From Vulcanimicrobiota bacterium (GTDB taxonomy: Bacteria; Vulcanimicrobiota; Vulcanimicrobiia; Eremiobacterales; Eremiobacteraceae), in NCBI GenBank assembly GCA_963805945.1, contig CAWDVP010000001.1:288001-352000 (forward strand): DNA of 64,000 nt. Reading direction: 5' to 3'. This document shows, one piece after another, positions 49,173-59,584 of the stretch. The notes below the pieces were generated by a model. It had not been told where the DNA came from, searched no databases, and was given only the letters and a program-made list of their open reading frames with translations. Numbering within the stretch: the first letter of the stretch is position 1; each line of letters opens with the position of its first letter. A program made the translations under genes and the position numbers.

Positions 49173-50768
49173 ATGAACGTCCCTCTTCTTCCAGTGCTGC
49201 TCGCTTCGCTGTTCGTGCTCGGCGTCGTCGCCTGGCCGTTGACGGTGCAACAGCGGCCGCAGTTCTTAGCGCCCAGCGATCGCATCGTGTCGAGCACGAG
49301 CGGGGCCGACCTTGCATGCCGCGTCTCGTACGACGGCTTTGTTTGGTACCGCGTCGGCCCCGGCCGCTTCCCGCCGATCGCGGCGCTGCATGAGGACTGC
49401 CCTTCGGGCGTGCGCCTCGTCGGTGAGCGTTTCCCGGAGATCCCTCGCTGGGCCAAGCCCGACGGCCCGACGCACGCGCTGTTCACCGTCGTCTCCCTGT
49501 ATGAGCTCGTCTCCCCGGACGGCATGGATCGGCTGGCCTCCATCGCGCACCAGTACCGCATACCGGTGACCTGGATGACCGGCCAGCCGCTCACGTTCGA
49601 CACCGCCGCTGGGCTCTACGAGCGCTTCCATCGCGATTTCGGCGATGACCTGCAGACGCGGCCGACCAATCACAACCCCTATACGCCGGATACGCCGACG
49701 CGAACGGAATTCGCCCCGCTCGCGCACTCGAAGTTCAACTGGTTCGTCCCCTCGGTCGCGATCGAGGGATCCGGCTACGCCCGCGATATCCATACAGACA
49801 TGGCCGAAGGCTACCGCGCCTTCTGGGGCATCGCGTGGAACTCGCACGGATTGGATAGCGACTACGACGAGGGCACGCCGTGGGGCGCCTACTGCGCCGA
49901 CGCGGCGTCGTTCAAGCGGCCATCCCCAACAGGCGAGTGCACGCTCGTCGGCCTTGAGTGGACCGCGCGCGACCTCACGCGCGCAGCCATCAGCGATCAT
50001 GAGGAGTTCTACTCGACCGATCCCGACGATCTGCAGGTCGCGGGATTCGGCGCGAGCGACGGCGCGGCGTACGTGCGCGCGTTGGTGGATGCCTATGCGG
50101 CGGCGGGCCAAATCACGCCGCTGGTCATGGTCGTGCAGCAAGAGGCGGATCAGATGCAGCATCCGCCGCCTGGGTCAACGCTTGGGACCTCGGCCGCGAT
50201 CCTCAACGCGCTGTACAATCAGGCGCGAATCGACGGTATGCGGTCGGTGACGCTCGCAGCCGCGGCGCGCGACGCGGCGCGTTTTCCTCGGAGCCCGCGC
50301 GCGATCGCCTTCCCGTACATCGCGAGCATCGCGATGCCCGAGGCGTGGGCACCGTGGTCGCCGCGCGGCCCGCTGCCCGCGACGATCGATTATCATGATG
50401 CGTCGGCTGGAATGAGTTTCATCGCCGGGCGCACCACGCCGGTGCGCGTGTTCCTCTACGCTCGGGCGCGCACGAGCGCGACGCGGCTCACATTGCCGCG
50501 CCTGCAGATATCAGAGATGCCGCAACTCGTGTTTGCAAACTTTCACGGCGGCGCGCTGACGCTGCGTTTCGACTCGCCGGTCGCGACGCGCTTTGGGGTG
50601 GCGCTATGGAGTGACCCGGCCTTTGTGCGCTGGACAGCACAGCATGCGGACGTGACCTATGCGGGCAGGGCGGCCGCGGTGGCGGCGTTCGATCTGCGGC
50701 GCGGCGTCAATGAGATCGTGCTGCGCTGCACCGGCTGCGACAGTGCGACGTTCCCGGTCGCGCCCTAG
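49173..50768 (+). CDS. Exported hypothetical protein, possibly deacetylase/GH-like barrel
   Basis: N-terminal TM; IPVTW, FWGIAWN, EWTARDL; coding-like codon usage. Confidence 0.65.
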   Translation: MNVPLLPVLLASLFVLGVVAWPLTVQQRPQFLAPSDRIVSSTSGADLACRVSYDGFVWYRVGPGRFPPIAALHEDCPSGVRLVGERFPEIPRWAKPDGPTHALFTVVSLYELVSPDGMDRLASIAHQYRIPVTWMTGQPLTFDTAAGLYERFHRDFGDDLQTRPTNHNPYTPDTPTRTEFAPLAHSKFNWFVPSVAIEGSGYARDIHTDMAEGYRAFWGIAWNSHGLDSDYDEGTPWGAYCADAASFKRPSPTGECTLVGLEWTARDLTRAAISDHEEFYSTDPDDLQVAGFGASDGAAYVRALVDAYAAAGQITPLVMVVQQEADQMQHPPPGSTLGTSAAILNALYNQARIDGMRSVTLAAAARDAARFPRSPRAIAFPYIASIAMPEAWAPWSPRGPLPATIDYHDASAGMSFIAGRTTPVRVFLYARARTSATRLTLPRLQISEMPQLVFANFHGGALTLRFDSPVATRFGVALWSDPAFVRWTAQHADVTYAGRAAAVAAFDLRRGVNEIVLRCTGCDSATFPVAP

Positions 50769-50769
50769 A

Positions 50770-50797
50770 CGGTCGAGTAAACTCGACCGCTCCATAG
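50770..50797 (-). repeat. REP-like palindrome, family A
   Basis: CGGTCGAG-TAAA-CTCGACCG-CTCCATAG. Confidence 0.85.
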
Positions 50798-50807
50798 GCC
50801 GTCGGAA

Positions 50808-52157
50808 TTAATACTCCTGGTGGACCAGATCGAGGTCCGAGAAGGACGTGAATTTCTTGTCGAAGCGCAGGTTCACGATGCCGATCGGCCCGTTGCGCTG
50901 CTTGGCGATGATGAGCTCGGCGATGTTCTCGTTCTCCGGCGTCGGCGGGTTGTAGACGTCATCGCGGTAGATGAACGCCACCACGTCCGCCTCTTGCTCG
51001 ATGCCGCCCGATTCGCGCAGGTCTGAGAGCACGGGCCGCTTGTCGTTGCGCATCTCGGGCGAGCGGTTGAGCTGGGCCAGCGCGATGACCGGCACCTTGA
51101 GCTCCTTGGCCAGCGTCTTGAGGCCGCGGCAGATATCGTCGATGATCTCGACGCGATTGGTCGCCTTGGGGTTGTTCGACTGGAGCAGCTGCAGGTAGTC
51201 CACGATGATGAGGTCGAGCCCTTGTTTGGCGTGAAGGCGACGGGCGCGCGAGCGGACCTCGCTCACCCTGAGCGCTGCGGAGTCGTCGATGTGGATCGAC
51301 AGGTCCGCTAGCTCGCCCATCGCGGCGGAAATCTTGCCCCAATCGTCGTCTTTGATGCTGCCGGTGCGCAGGCGTTGCGCGTCGATCTGCGCTTCGGAGC
51401 TGAGCAGCCGTTGCACGAGCTGATTGCTGCTCATCTCGAGCGAGAACAGCGCCACCGCTTTGCCCGCCTGCTTGGCCGCGTGCACGCCGACGTTGAGCGC
51501 GAACGACGTCTTGCCCATGGAAGGCCGAGCCGCGATGATGATGAGCTCGCCGGGCTGGAAGCCGGCGGTGTACTGGTCGAACGACTTGAAGCCCGATGGG
51601 ATGCCGGTGATCTGGCCCTGCTGGTGGTAGAGCTTGTTGATCTGCTCGAAGGCGGGCTTAAGCAGGTCCTTGACGAGCGTGAAACCGCCCGAATGGCGGT
51701 GCCCGATCTGGAAGATCATCTGCTCGCACTGGTCGAGCGTCTCTTCGACGTTCTCGGTGGGCTCGAAGCCCATCACCGAGATGCGACCGCCCGCGGTGAT
51801 GAGCGAACGCAGCACCGCCTTTTCGGCGACGACCTTCGCGTAGTACTCGGCCGAGGCGGTGGTGGGCACCGCGTTGAGCAGCTGGGTGAGGAAATCGAGT
51901 CCGCCGACCTCGTCGAGCAGGCGCCGGCGTCGCAGCTCTTCCGCGACCGACACCTTGTCCACCGGCTCGCCGCGCTCGTAGAGCGCGACGACGACGTCGT
52001 ACAGCGTGGCGTGGTGCGGCGCGTAGAAATCCTCGCGCCGGACGATCTCGCTCACCACCGGGATGATCTCGCGGTCGACCATCAACGCGCCGAGCACGGC
52101 CTGCTCGGCGTCGAGGTTCTGCGGCGGGATGCGGTCGATCGGGGAGAGCAATGCCAT
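50808..52157 (-). CDS. dnaB: Replicative DNA helicase
   Basis: PPQNL.AEQAVLG, AARPSMGKT, VDYLQL, SDLRESG.IEQ.AD, KQRNGP; no intein. Confidence 0.97.
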   Translation of the reverse strand: MALLSPIDRIPPQNLDAEQAVLGALMVDREIIPVVSEIVRREDFYAPHHATLYDVVVALYERGEPVDKVSVAEELRRRRLLDEVGGLDFLTQLLNAVPTTASAEYYAKVVAEKAVLRSLITAGGRISVMGFEPTENVEETLDQCEQMIFQIGHRHSGGFTLVKDLLKPAFEQINKLYHQQGQITGIPSGFKSFDQYTAGFQPGELIIIAARPSMGKTSFALNVGVHAAKQAGKAVALFSLEMSSNQLVQRLLSSEAQIDAQRLRTGSIKDDDWGKISAAMGELADLSIHIDDSAALRVSEVRSRARRLHAKQGLDLIIVDYLQLLQSNNPKATNRVEIIDDICRGLKTLAKELKVPVIALAQLNRSPEMRNDKRPVLSDLRESGGIEQEADVVAFIYRDDVYNPPTPENENIAELIIAKQRNGPIGIVNLRFDKKFTSFSDLDLVHQEY

Positions 52158-52199
52158 GATGTTCCATTACATCACGCGGCGGCTATGCCTGGCAAGCGC

Positions 52200-52255
52200 T
52201 GCGGAGAATTATTCTGTGGAATGCTGTGGACGGAAACTGGGGATTATGCGAATAG
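52200..52255. promoter_or_regulatory. Cluster of degenerate DnaA-box-like 9-mers
   Basis: TGCGGAGAA, TGTGGAATG, TGTGGACGG, TGGGGATTA, TGCGAATAG in the same orientation. Confidence 0.45.
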
Positions 52256-52286
52256 TGTCAGCGGCGATGGCACGCCACAATATATA

Positions 52287-52311
52287 GGGCCGACCTGAAG
52301 GTCGGCCCTAC
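52287..52311 (-). repeat. REP-like palindrome, family B
   Basis: GGGCCGACCT-GA-AGGTCGGCCC-TAC. Confidence 0.82.
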
Positions 52312-52326
52312 ATAGACTTCGTGTGG

Positions 52327-52773
52327 TTATTCCGCGACGACGCGCACCGTGATCTTCGCGCTCACGCCGGGGACGAGCTTGGCGACCACGACGTGATCGC
52401 CCGCCGCCTTGATCGGCTCTTCGAGCTCGATCTTATGACGGTCGATCTCGATGCCCAGGCCCGATTGCACAGCCTCGGCGACCTGTGCATTGGTGATCGC
52501 GCCGAAGAGCTTGCCGCTCTCGCCCGCCTTGGCGGGGACGATGACCGGACGGCTCTCCAATGTGGCGGCCAGCGCTTGCGCCTCCGCGAGGGCGAATGCG
52601 ACGCGCTTGTCCTGCTTCTTGCGCTGGCTCTCCGCCTGTGCGAGGTTGCCCTTGGTGGCTTCGACCGCGAAGCCGCGCGGCAACAGGAAGTTGCGCCCGT
52701 GGCCGTCCGCGACGTTGTGGATCTCGCCCGCTTTGCCCAGGCCCTTGACGTCCTGCGTGAGGATGATCTTCAC
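52327..52773 (-). CDS. rplI: 50S ribosomal protein L9
   Basis: MKIIL..DV.GLG..G....VADG..RNFL.P, KLFG.IT. Confidence 0.97.
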   Translation of the reverse strand: MKIILTQDVKGLGKAGEIHNVADGHGRNFLLPRGFAVEATKGNLAQAESQRKKQDKRVAFALAEAQALAATLESRPVIVPAKAGESGKLFGAITNAQVAEAVQSGLGIEIDRHKIELEEPIKAAGDHVVVAKLVPGVSAKITVRVVAE

Positions 52774-52775
52774 GG

Positions 52776-53039
52776 CTACTCGTTCGCGAAGGTCAGCAAG
52801 GCGATGACCCGCGCCCGCTTGACCGCGGACGTGAGCGCGCGCTGGTGCTTGGCGCAGGTGCCCGAGATGCGGCGCGGCACGATCTTGCCGCGCTCGGAGA
52901 CGTACTTGCGCAGTTTGGGCACGTCTTTGTAATCGATCTCGGTCACTTTGTCGACGCAGAACGAACAGACCTTACGCTTGAGCTTGCGATCGGCGCCGTC
53001 TTTCTTCTTCTTCTTAGGCCGTTTTAGTCTTGGGGGCAT
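52776..53039 (-). CDS. rpsR: 30S ribosomal protein S18
   Basis: KVCSFC, IDYKD, ERGKI.PRR.SG.CAKHQR. Confidence 0.97.
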   Translation of the reverse strand: MPPRLKRPKKKKKDGADRKLKRKVCSFCVDKVTEIDYKDVPKLRKYVSERGKIVPRRISGTCAKHQRALTSAVKRARVIALLTFANE

Positions 53040-53060
53040 CGCGGTGTCCGTGGTCCTTTC

Positions 53061-53489
53061 TTAGAAGGGGACTTCTTCTTCCGACGCGGCGTCGTACTTG
53101 TATTCGGGCAGTTCGCCTGGCGCTGCCGCCGGCGCGCGTTCTGCGCCGCCCGCGCCACCCGGGCGCGAGTCGAGCATCTGGAAGTCGTCCGCCTGGACCT
53201 CGACCGCGGTACGTTTGTTGTTGTCTTTGTCCATGTACTCGCGGATCTGCAGGCGCCCGGCGATGAGCACGAGACGGCCTTTCTGCAAGAACTCCGCGGC
53301 GCGCTCGGCGCGTTGGCGCCACACGCTCACGCCGAAGAAATCGGTCGTCTTCTCGACCGCGTCGCGGCCCTTTGGCCGATCGACGGCGATGCGGAACGAC
53401 GTCACCGGAATGCCGGCTTGCGTCTGACGGAGCTCCGGGTCGGCGACGAGCCGCCCGACGAGGACGATGTGGTTATAGGAACCGGCCAC
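53061..53489 (-). CDS. ssb: Single-stranded DNA-binding protein
   Basis: N...LVGRL..DPELR, AVDR, acidic VPF tail. Confidence 0.96.
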   Translation of the reverse strand: MAGSYNHIVLVGRLVADPELRQTQAGIPVTSFRIAVDRPKGRDAVEKTTDFFGVSVWRQRAERAAEFLQKGRLVLIAGRLQIREYMDKDNNKRTAVEVQADDFQMLDSRPGGAGGAERAPAAAPGELPEYKYDAASEEEVPF

Positions 53490-53506
53490 GAGAGATACCT
53501 CCGATT

Positions 53507-53788
53507 TTAGTCGCGGATGAGGAGGGCGCGCAGCACGTCATCGTGCAGACGCAGCTGGCGGATCGCTTCTTTCGCGCAATCCGACGAGCCGTCGAACTTC
53601 ATGCAGATGTAGTGCCCTTCACGCTGCTTCTTGATTTCGTAGGCCAGCCGTCTCTTGCCCATGGGCTCGATGGCGATGTCGGCGGCTCCGTTCGTCTTCA
53701 CGACGTCGGAGAAATGCGTCGACAGCTCGACGACCTGTGGGTCCTCGAGCCCAGGACGAAGGATATACGTGATCTCATAGAGCGACAC
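53507..53788 (-). CDS. rpsF: 30S ribosomal protein S6
   Basis: YE..YILRP, GKRRLAYEIKK..EG.Y, VLR. Confidence 0.97.
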   Translation of the reverse strand: MSLYEITYILRPGLEDPQVVELSTHFSDVVKTNGAADIAIEPMGKRRLAYEIKKQREGHYICMKFDGSSDCAKEAIRQLRLHDDVLRALLIRD

Positions 53789-53795
53789 AGTCCGT

Positions 53796-53870
53796 GCGCT
53801 GCCTCCCCATGGGCGTAGGCTTGTCCAGACGACCGCGCAAGGCGCGATCCGGGCGAGCAGGAAGGAAAGA
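53796..53870 (-). promoter_or_regulatory. Probable S6:S18 ribosomal protein leader
   Basis: CCTTCCTGCTC ... GCCCATGGGGAGG pairing over the RBS upstream of rpsF. Confidence 0.5.
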
Positions 53871-53910
53871 TGCTGGGTAGCGGACTACCCCGGCAAGCCC
53901 TGGCAGTATA

Positions 53911-54987
53911 TCACACGGTTTGGAGCGCTGACAAGGCGGAGAGCGACGTTATCAACTGGTGCGGAATCGTGCCCGCGCGGTTGGCCACCTCGTCGACGCG
54001 AACGCCGTCTTCGTCCCCCACCACCAGCGCCTCATCGCCCGGCTGCACGGTGACCCCGTAAGGCACTTTGACCATGGTGAAGTTCATGCCGATCGCCCCG
54101 ACGATCGGGCATCGCTCGCCCTGGATCCGCACCAGTCCGCCACCCGAAAGAGCCCGCGGCAGGCCGTCCGCATAGCCGATGCGCAGCGTCGCGATCGCCT
54201 CGCCCGGCTTGGCCAGGCTCAATCCGCCGTAGCCCAGCGAGGTGGCCTGCTCGAACTGTTTCGTGTACAGCACGCTCGCGCGCAGCGTGAGCGCGGTCTT
54301 GAGCGAGAGGCCGGGCGACGAACCGCCGGGCGTCGCGCCGTAGAGTCCGACGCCGATGCGCGCCGCATTGCCGCCGACGCCCCACAGCGCGGGAGCGGTC
54401 GCGGCGATGTGCTCGAGCGGCAGCGGCAAGCCGACGCGGCGCATCGCGTCGAGCGCGGTGTTGAACTGGTCCACCTGTGAGGGCATCTGCTCGCGCCCAG
54501 CGATGTGCGTCCATGCGCCTTCCCAGGTGATGCCGGGCAGCGTCCGCACCGCGGCGGCGAAGGCCGGGCCGCGATGCGCGTTGATGCCGCTCCAGCCGGT
54601 GCCGGTTTCAATGGCGACGTGCGCAATCGCCTGTTTTCCGAGCCGCTGCGCGATCTTCGAGAGCTCCTTCGCCCCGCGCGGGTCTTCGATGGTGGTGATC
54701 ACGCCGAGCGTCACCGCGTCTTCCATCTCTTTGAGCGGGGTCGCCCAGATGTGCACGATCGGCACCTTGATGCCGGCCTCGCGCAGCGCGCGCGCCTCGC
54801 TCATGTCCACGACGCACAACCGTTCGGCGCCGGCCTCGACGCAGGCGTGGGCGACGCGCTCGAGACCCATGCCGTACGCGTTGGACTTCACCACCGGCCA
54901 CAGCACCCGATCCGCGAGAAAGCCGATCCACGCGCCGACGTTATGCCGGACCGCGGCAAGGTCGAGCGTCAAGCGCGGCGCCCTCAA
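53911..54987 (-). CDS. alr: Alanine racemase family protein (divergent)
   Basis: VVKSNAYG.G (PLP Lys), R.G..LYG, GYG, GYADG; TTG overlaps dtd stop. Confidence 0.85.
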   Translation of the reverse strand: MRAPRLTLDLAAVRHNVGAWIGFLADRVLWPVVKSNAYGMGLERVAHACVEAGAERLCVVDMSEARALREAGIKVPIVHIWATPLKEMEDAVTLGVITTIEDPRGAKELSKIAQRLGKQAIAHVAIETGTGWSGINAHRGPAFAAAVRTLPGITWEGAWTHIAGREQMPSQVDQFNTALDAMRRVGLPLPLEHIAATAPALWGVGGNAARIGVGLYGATPGGSSPGLSLKTALTLRASVLYTKQFEQATSLGYGGLSLAKPGEAIATLRIGYADGLPRALSGGGLVRIQGERCPIVGAIGMNFTMVKVPYGVTVQPGDEALVVGDEDGVRVDEVANRAGTIPHQLITSLSALSALQTV

Positions 54988-55433
54988 AACATCTTCCTTG
55001 AGTCGAGCAGGATGGTCACCGGACCTTCGTTGACCAGCTGCACGCGCATCGTCGCGCCGAACACGCCGGTGGCGACGGTGAGCCCCTCGCGCCGCAGCAG
55101 CGTCACCACGCGCTCGAAGAGCGGCTTCGCGGTCTCGCCGGGCGCCGCATCTATAAAGGAAGGCCGGCGTCCCTTGCGCGCGTCGCCGTGCAAGGTGAAC
55201 TGCGACACCGCCAGCACCGCGCCGCCGACGTCGGCGAGACTGCGATTCATATCGCCCGCATCGTCGTTGAAGATGCGCAGGCCGGCGATCTTGCCCGCCA
55301 TGAAGGTCGCGTCGTCCTCGCCGTCGTCGCGCGCCACGCCGACGAGCGCGAGAAACCCGACGCCGATCTCGCCGACCACGCCGCCGTCGACCTCGACCGA
55401 TGCGTGGCTGACACGTTGGACGACGGCCCGCAT
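54984..55433 (-). CDS. dtd: D-aminoacyl-tRNA deacylase
   Basis: [26 protein letters not shown]. Confidence 0.96.
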   Translation of the reverse strand: MRAVVQRVSHASVEVDGGVVGEIGVGFLALVGVARDDGEDDATFMAGKIAGLRIFNDDAGDMNRSLADVGGAVLAVSQFTLHGDARKGRRPSFIDAAPGETAKPLFERVVTLLRREGLTVATGVFGATMRVQLVNEGPVTILLDSRKMF

Positions 55434-55445
55434 GTGCGCGGCCGC

Positions 55446-57621
55446 CTAGCGGTCGCCGGCTTGGGCTTCGCGCTTGGTCACGCGGTACGCGGTTCTCACG
55501 TCGCGCACGCGGTTGAGCTTGGCGAGCAGCTTGCTCAGATGGTCGAGATCGCGGATCTCGAGGCTGCATGAGATGCTCGCGCTGCCGTCGCGCTTCGTGC
55601 GCGCGGTGACCGAGGTCGCGTTGGTCTTGTGCTCGGAGAGGATCGACATGACGTCCTGCAGCAGGCCGGCGCGGTCCACCGCTTCGATCTCGACGTCGAC
55701 GATGTGCGCATCGGCCGGCGACACGTCCCAGGCGACGTCGATGAGGCGATCGGGCTGCGCGCCGAGCTGGCCGGCGTTCGGACACTCCACCCGATGGACT
55801 GAGACGCCTTTGCCTTGCGTGATGAAGCCGAGGATCGCGTCGCCCGGCACCGGCCGGCAGCACTTGGCGAAGCGCACCATGACGCCGCCCATGCCGCGGA
55901 CCTTGATGCTCGAACTGGCGCGGCGCGCTGGTCTTGCGCACGCCGACCGCTTGGCGCTCGAGCGGCAGCGGCACGACGTTGCGCTTCTTGGCCTCTTCGC
56001 GCGCACGCGCGACGATCGAGCCCAGCGACGCATCGCCGAAGCCCACCGCGGCGTACATGTCGTCGAGGCCGGCGTAGTTGAGCTTGGCGGCGCACGCCTC
56101 CAGGAACTGCGGTGTCGCAACCCCTTGCAGCTGCTGGCGGACGAGCTCCGCGGTGAGGATGTCGCGCCCCGCGACGATGTTCTCCTCGCGCTTGTTCTTG
56201 CGGAACCACTGCTTGATCTTATGCTTGGCGCTCGAGGTGCGGCAGATCGACAGCCAGTCGAGCGATGGGCCGGGGCTGCTCTTGTTGACGAGCGCCTCGC
56301 AGATGTCGCCGGTCTGCAGGTCGTAGGTGAGCGGCACGATCCGGCCGTTGACCTTCGCGCCGACGCAGTGGTGGCCGACGCCGGTGTGGACGTGGTAGGC
56401 GAAGTCGAGCGGCGTGGCGCCGGCGGGCAGGCCCATGACGTCGCCCTTAGGCGTGAAGACGAAGACCTGGTTGGCGAACAGATCGACCTTGAGGCGTTCG
56501 ATGAACTCGGCGCTGTCGTGCGTGTCTTCTTGCCATTCGAGCAGCGAGCGCAGCCACGCCAGCTTCTCGTCGAAGTCGTCCTGCGCGCCGCCTTCTTTAT
56601 AACGCCAGTGCGCGGCGATGCCGTACTCGCTCGTGCGGTGCATCTCCCAGGTGCGGATCTGGATCTCGATCGGGTCGCCGCCGGGACCGATGACGGTGGT
56701 GTGAATGGACTGGTAGCCGTTGGTCTTGGGCATCGCGATGTAGTCTTTGAAGCGGCCCGGCAGCGGCGTCCAGATGCTGTGCACGATGCCGACCGCGCCG
56801 TAGCAGTCCTTCACGTTCTCCACGATGATGCGGATCGCGGTGAGGTCGTAGATCTCGGAGAAGTCGCGGCCGTCCTCGAGCTTTTGGAAGATCGAATAGA
56901 AGTGCTTGGGCCGGCCGGAGATGTCGGCTTTGATGCCGGCGGCCGCGAAGCGCGAGCGCACGTCGGCGATGACGTTCTCGACCGCGTCTTCGCGATCGCC
57001 GCGCCGGGTGGCGACGAGATCGGCGATCTCTTGGAATGCGGTCGGGTTGAGGTAGCGCAGGGACAGGTCTTCGAGATCCCACTTGATGCGGTAGATGCCA
57101 AGGCGATGCGCGAGCGGCGCGTAGATCTCAAGCGTCTCCTCGGCGATCATCTTCTGCTTGGCCGGGGTGAGGCTGTCGAGCGTGCGCAAGTTGTGGAGGC
57201 GATCGGCGAGCTTGATGATGATGACGCGGATGTCTTTGGCCATCGCCAAGAACATCTTGCGCAGGTTCTCGACCTTGACGTCTTCTTTGGTCTGGTAGGG
57301 GATCTTGGTGAGCTTGGTGAGCGCGTCCACCAGCGTCGCGATCTCGGCGCCGAAGCGGCGCTCGATCTCTTCGAGCGGCACGGTGGTGTCCTCGACGACG
57401 TCGTGGAGCAGGCTGGCCGCGATGCAGTTCGGGTCCATCTCGAGATCGGCGAGGATGGAGGCGACGGCGAGCGGATGCGAGATGAAGCTGTCGCCACTGG
57501 CGCGGCGTTGGCCGCCGTGGGCCTGGTCGGCAAAGGCATAGACGCCCGCCAGCCACGCCTCGTCGAGGCTCGGGTAGTACTTCTTGACCCGCTTTGTAAG
57601 CTCGGTGATCGTTGTCGCCAT
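55446..57621 (-). CDS. relA: Bifunctional (p)ppGpp synthetase/hydrolase, frameshift near 55920
   Basis: HD motif HDVVEDT, GRPKH, YQSIHTT, TGS; AKCC.P.PGD and ACT in shifted frame. Confidence 0.94.
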
Positions 57622-57694
57622 GTGGATATCTATATTCTACAGGGACCAATGCCCGGGACGCAAGCGGGCGAGACGCCGCTTGGCCCGGGCCGGG

Positions 57695-57720
57695 ATGGAG
57701 CGGTCGAATTTATTCGACCG
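57695..57720 (+). repeat. REP-like palindrome, family A
   Basis: ATGGAG-CGGTCGAATTTATTCGACCG, identical to the 2185-2210 copy. Confidence 0.85.
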
Positions 57721-57729
57721 ACTCGACCG

Positions 57730-58284
57730 TCATGGCTCCCGCCAGGCGTCGTTGGTCTTGGCCGTCATGACGTGGTCCTGCCAGGCGCCGTTGATGAACA
57801 GGTAGCCTTTGGCGGTGCCCTCGATCTTGAAGCCGAGCCGCTCGAGCAGGGCGGCGCTGCGCCGGTTGGAGGGCTGGTAGTTGGCCATGATGCGGTGCAG
57901 GTTGAGCTCGTCGAAGGCGTAGCCGATGAGCGCTTGGAGCGCCTCGTACATCAGGCCGCGGCCCTCGTGGCTCTCGGAGATGGTGTAGCCGAGGAAGCAC
58001 GCCTGGAAGACGCCGCGTATGATCGCCGACAGATTGGCCGCGCCGACGATGGTGCGGTCGTCGTGCTCGAAGAGAAAGGTCCGCACGGACAGCCCCGCGT
58101 CGTACTCCTGCTTGATGCGGTCGATCTGCAGCCGCCAATAGGCTTCGTCGAGCATCTCGAGCGAGGGCGGCGAATATTGGCGCATGTGCGTCGCGTCGGC
58201 GGTGTAGTACGCGGCGATCGCCTCGGCGTCGCCGGGTCGAGCGAGCCGGATGATGAGGCGATCGGTGCGCAGCGCGGGGTTCAT
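57730..58284 (-). CDS. RimJ/RimL-family N-acetyltransferase
   Basis: IRGVFQAC.LGY, LHRIMANY.P.N.RS, YL.ING.WQDH. Confidence 0.9.
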   Translation of the reverse strand: MNPALRTDRLIIRLARPGDAEAIAAYYTADATHMRQYSPPSLEMLDEAYWRLQIDRIKQEYDAGLSVRTFLFEHDDRTIVGAANLSAIIRGVFQACFLGYTISESHEGRGLMYEALQALIGYAFDELNLHRIMANYQPSNRRSAALLERLGFKIEGTAKGYLFINGAWQDHVMTAKTNDAWREP

Positions 58285-58301
58285 GTCGCGCGTTTCTTCT
58301 T

Positions 58302-58823
58302 CTAGTACGCGATGAACGCTTTGACGTCGACGCCGGGGAGTTTGGCTCGCCCGTGCAGCGCGTCGAGTTCGACGAGGAACGCGAAGCTCACGATCGTGCC
58401 GCCGAGCTTTTCGACCAGTTCGCGCACCGCGGCTGCGGTGCCGCCGGTGGCGAGCAGGTCGTCGACGACGAGCACTCGCTGCCCGCCCTCAACTGCGTCC
58501 TTGTGCATCTCAAGCGTGTTGGTGCCGTACTCGAGCGCGTAATCGACGCTGATCTTATCGTACGGCAGCTTGCCCGGTTTGCGAACGGGCACGAAGCCTG
58601 CGCCGAGTTTGTAGGCGAGCGGCGCGCCGAGGATGTAGCCGCGCGCCTCGATGCCGATGACGACGTCGATGCGTTCTTTCTGATACGGCTGCGCCATGAG
58701 GTCGATCACCGCCGCGAGGCTTTTCGCGTCTTGCAGCACTGGCGTGATGTCGCGGAAGAGGATGCCGGGGATCGGAAAATCCGGAATCGACCGGATCTTT
58801 GCCTTGATGTCGGTTGCGTTCAT
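58302..58823 (-). CDS. apt: Adenine phosphoribosyltransferase
   Basis: PDFP.PGI.FRDITP, EARG, RKPGKLP, LEYG, VDDLLATGGT. Confidence 0.96.
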   Translation of the reverse strand: MNATDIKAKIRSIPDFPIPGILFRDITPVLQDAKSLAAVIDLMAQPYQKERIDVVIGIEARGYILGAPLAYKLGAGFVPVRKPGKLPYDKISVDYALEYGTNTLEMHKDAVEGGQRVLVVDDLLATGGTAAAVRELVEKLGGTIVSFAFLVELDALHGRAKLPGVDVKAFIAY

Positions 58824-58858
58824 GGCCCAGGCGTTCTCCGCGTAGGCGGGCCCGTCAT

Positions 58859-59296
58859 TCAAGCGCCATGGCGGCGGGCGCATAGCTCGAGCTTGGTGCC
58901 AGCCGGGTCCTCGAAGAAGATCGCGGGATATTCTTCCATCGACTCGGAGGGCTGGATATTGCGTGCGCCTATCTCCGCGAGTTGCGCGGTCCACTGTTCG
59001 ACCGCGAGGGGCGCGGCGACCCGAAACGCGATCCGCGTGAGCGAGGGCTGCATCGCCGCATCCTCGATGAAGCCGATGAAGAAGGTCGGGCGATCCGGCT
59101 GTTTCGCCTCGTAGTACTCGACCGCGTTGTAGGATCCGTCCGCCTTCACGTCCCTCCATTCGCCCTGCGCGTCGACGAAGGCGTGGTGCTTTCGCGCCAG
59201 CCCAAGCAGCGGCATCAATTGGTCATAGAAAGGCTCTACCACGGCAACACTGCTGACGCGCGCGTCGATATGGTCGAAGCCGAGGAAGGCAGGCAT
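58859..59296 (-). CDS. VOC-family protein
   Basis: FDHID.RV, FYD, RIAF, FFEDP.G.KLE. Confidence 0.85.
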   Translation of the reverse strand: MPAFLGFDHIDARVSSVAVVEPFYDQLMPLLGLARKHHAFVDAQGEWRDVKADGSYNAVEYYEAKQPDRPTFFIGFIEDAAMQPSLTRIAFRVAAPLAVEQWTAQLAEIGARNIQPSESMEEYPAIFFEDPAGTKLELCARRHGA

Positions 59297-59407
59297 GCCG
59301 GCGGCGCTTCGGGCCGCGTGCGTGCGGCCCCTAGAACCGGACAACGTGATCATGGCTTGACGCCCGGCCTGGGACGGTGTCGCCGCGCGAGTGGCCCCAA
59401 CGCGGCG

Positions 59408-59507
59408 ACAACTCCCTTGCCAATTCTTACGGCGAGTTGTATGATGATTCGGGTGACGGCCCCCGTTGGTAACCAGAGAGCCCGCAAGTGCGGGCTCTTC
59501 GCATTTT
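59408..59507 (+). promoter_or_regulatory. sigma70 promoter with overlapping inverted repeat and leader terminator-like hairpin
   Basis: TTGCCA-17-TATGAT; ACAACTC/GAGTTGT; AGAGCCCGC-AAGT-GCGGGCTCT then TCGCATTTT. Confidence 0.55.
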
Positions 59508-59584
59508 CCCTCCAGGACTAGACCGCACTCTTCGCACGCGGGATGAAGACCTCCGCAACGCTATCTTCACGGAGGTCGCTTGGT

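Noticed and set aside
44136..50768. Integrative element at tRNA-Thr
   Set aside because: No integrase, and I found no direct repeat of the tRNA end in the window.
53911..57621. 1236-aa RelA-alanine racemase fusion ORF
   Set aside because: Artefact of the frameshift near 55920; the middle is off-frame read-through across the relA C-terminus and dtd.
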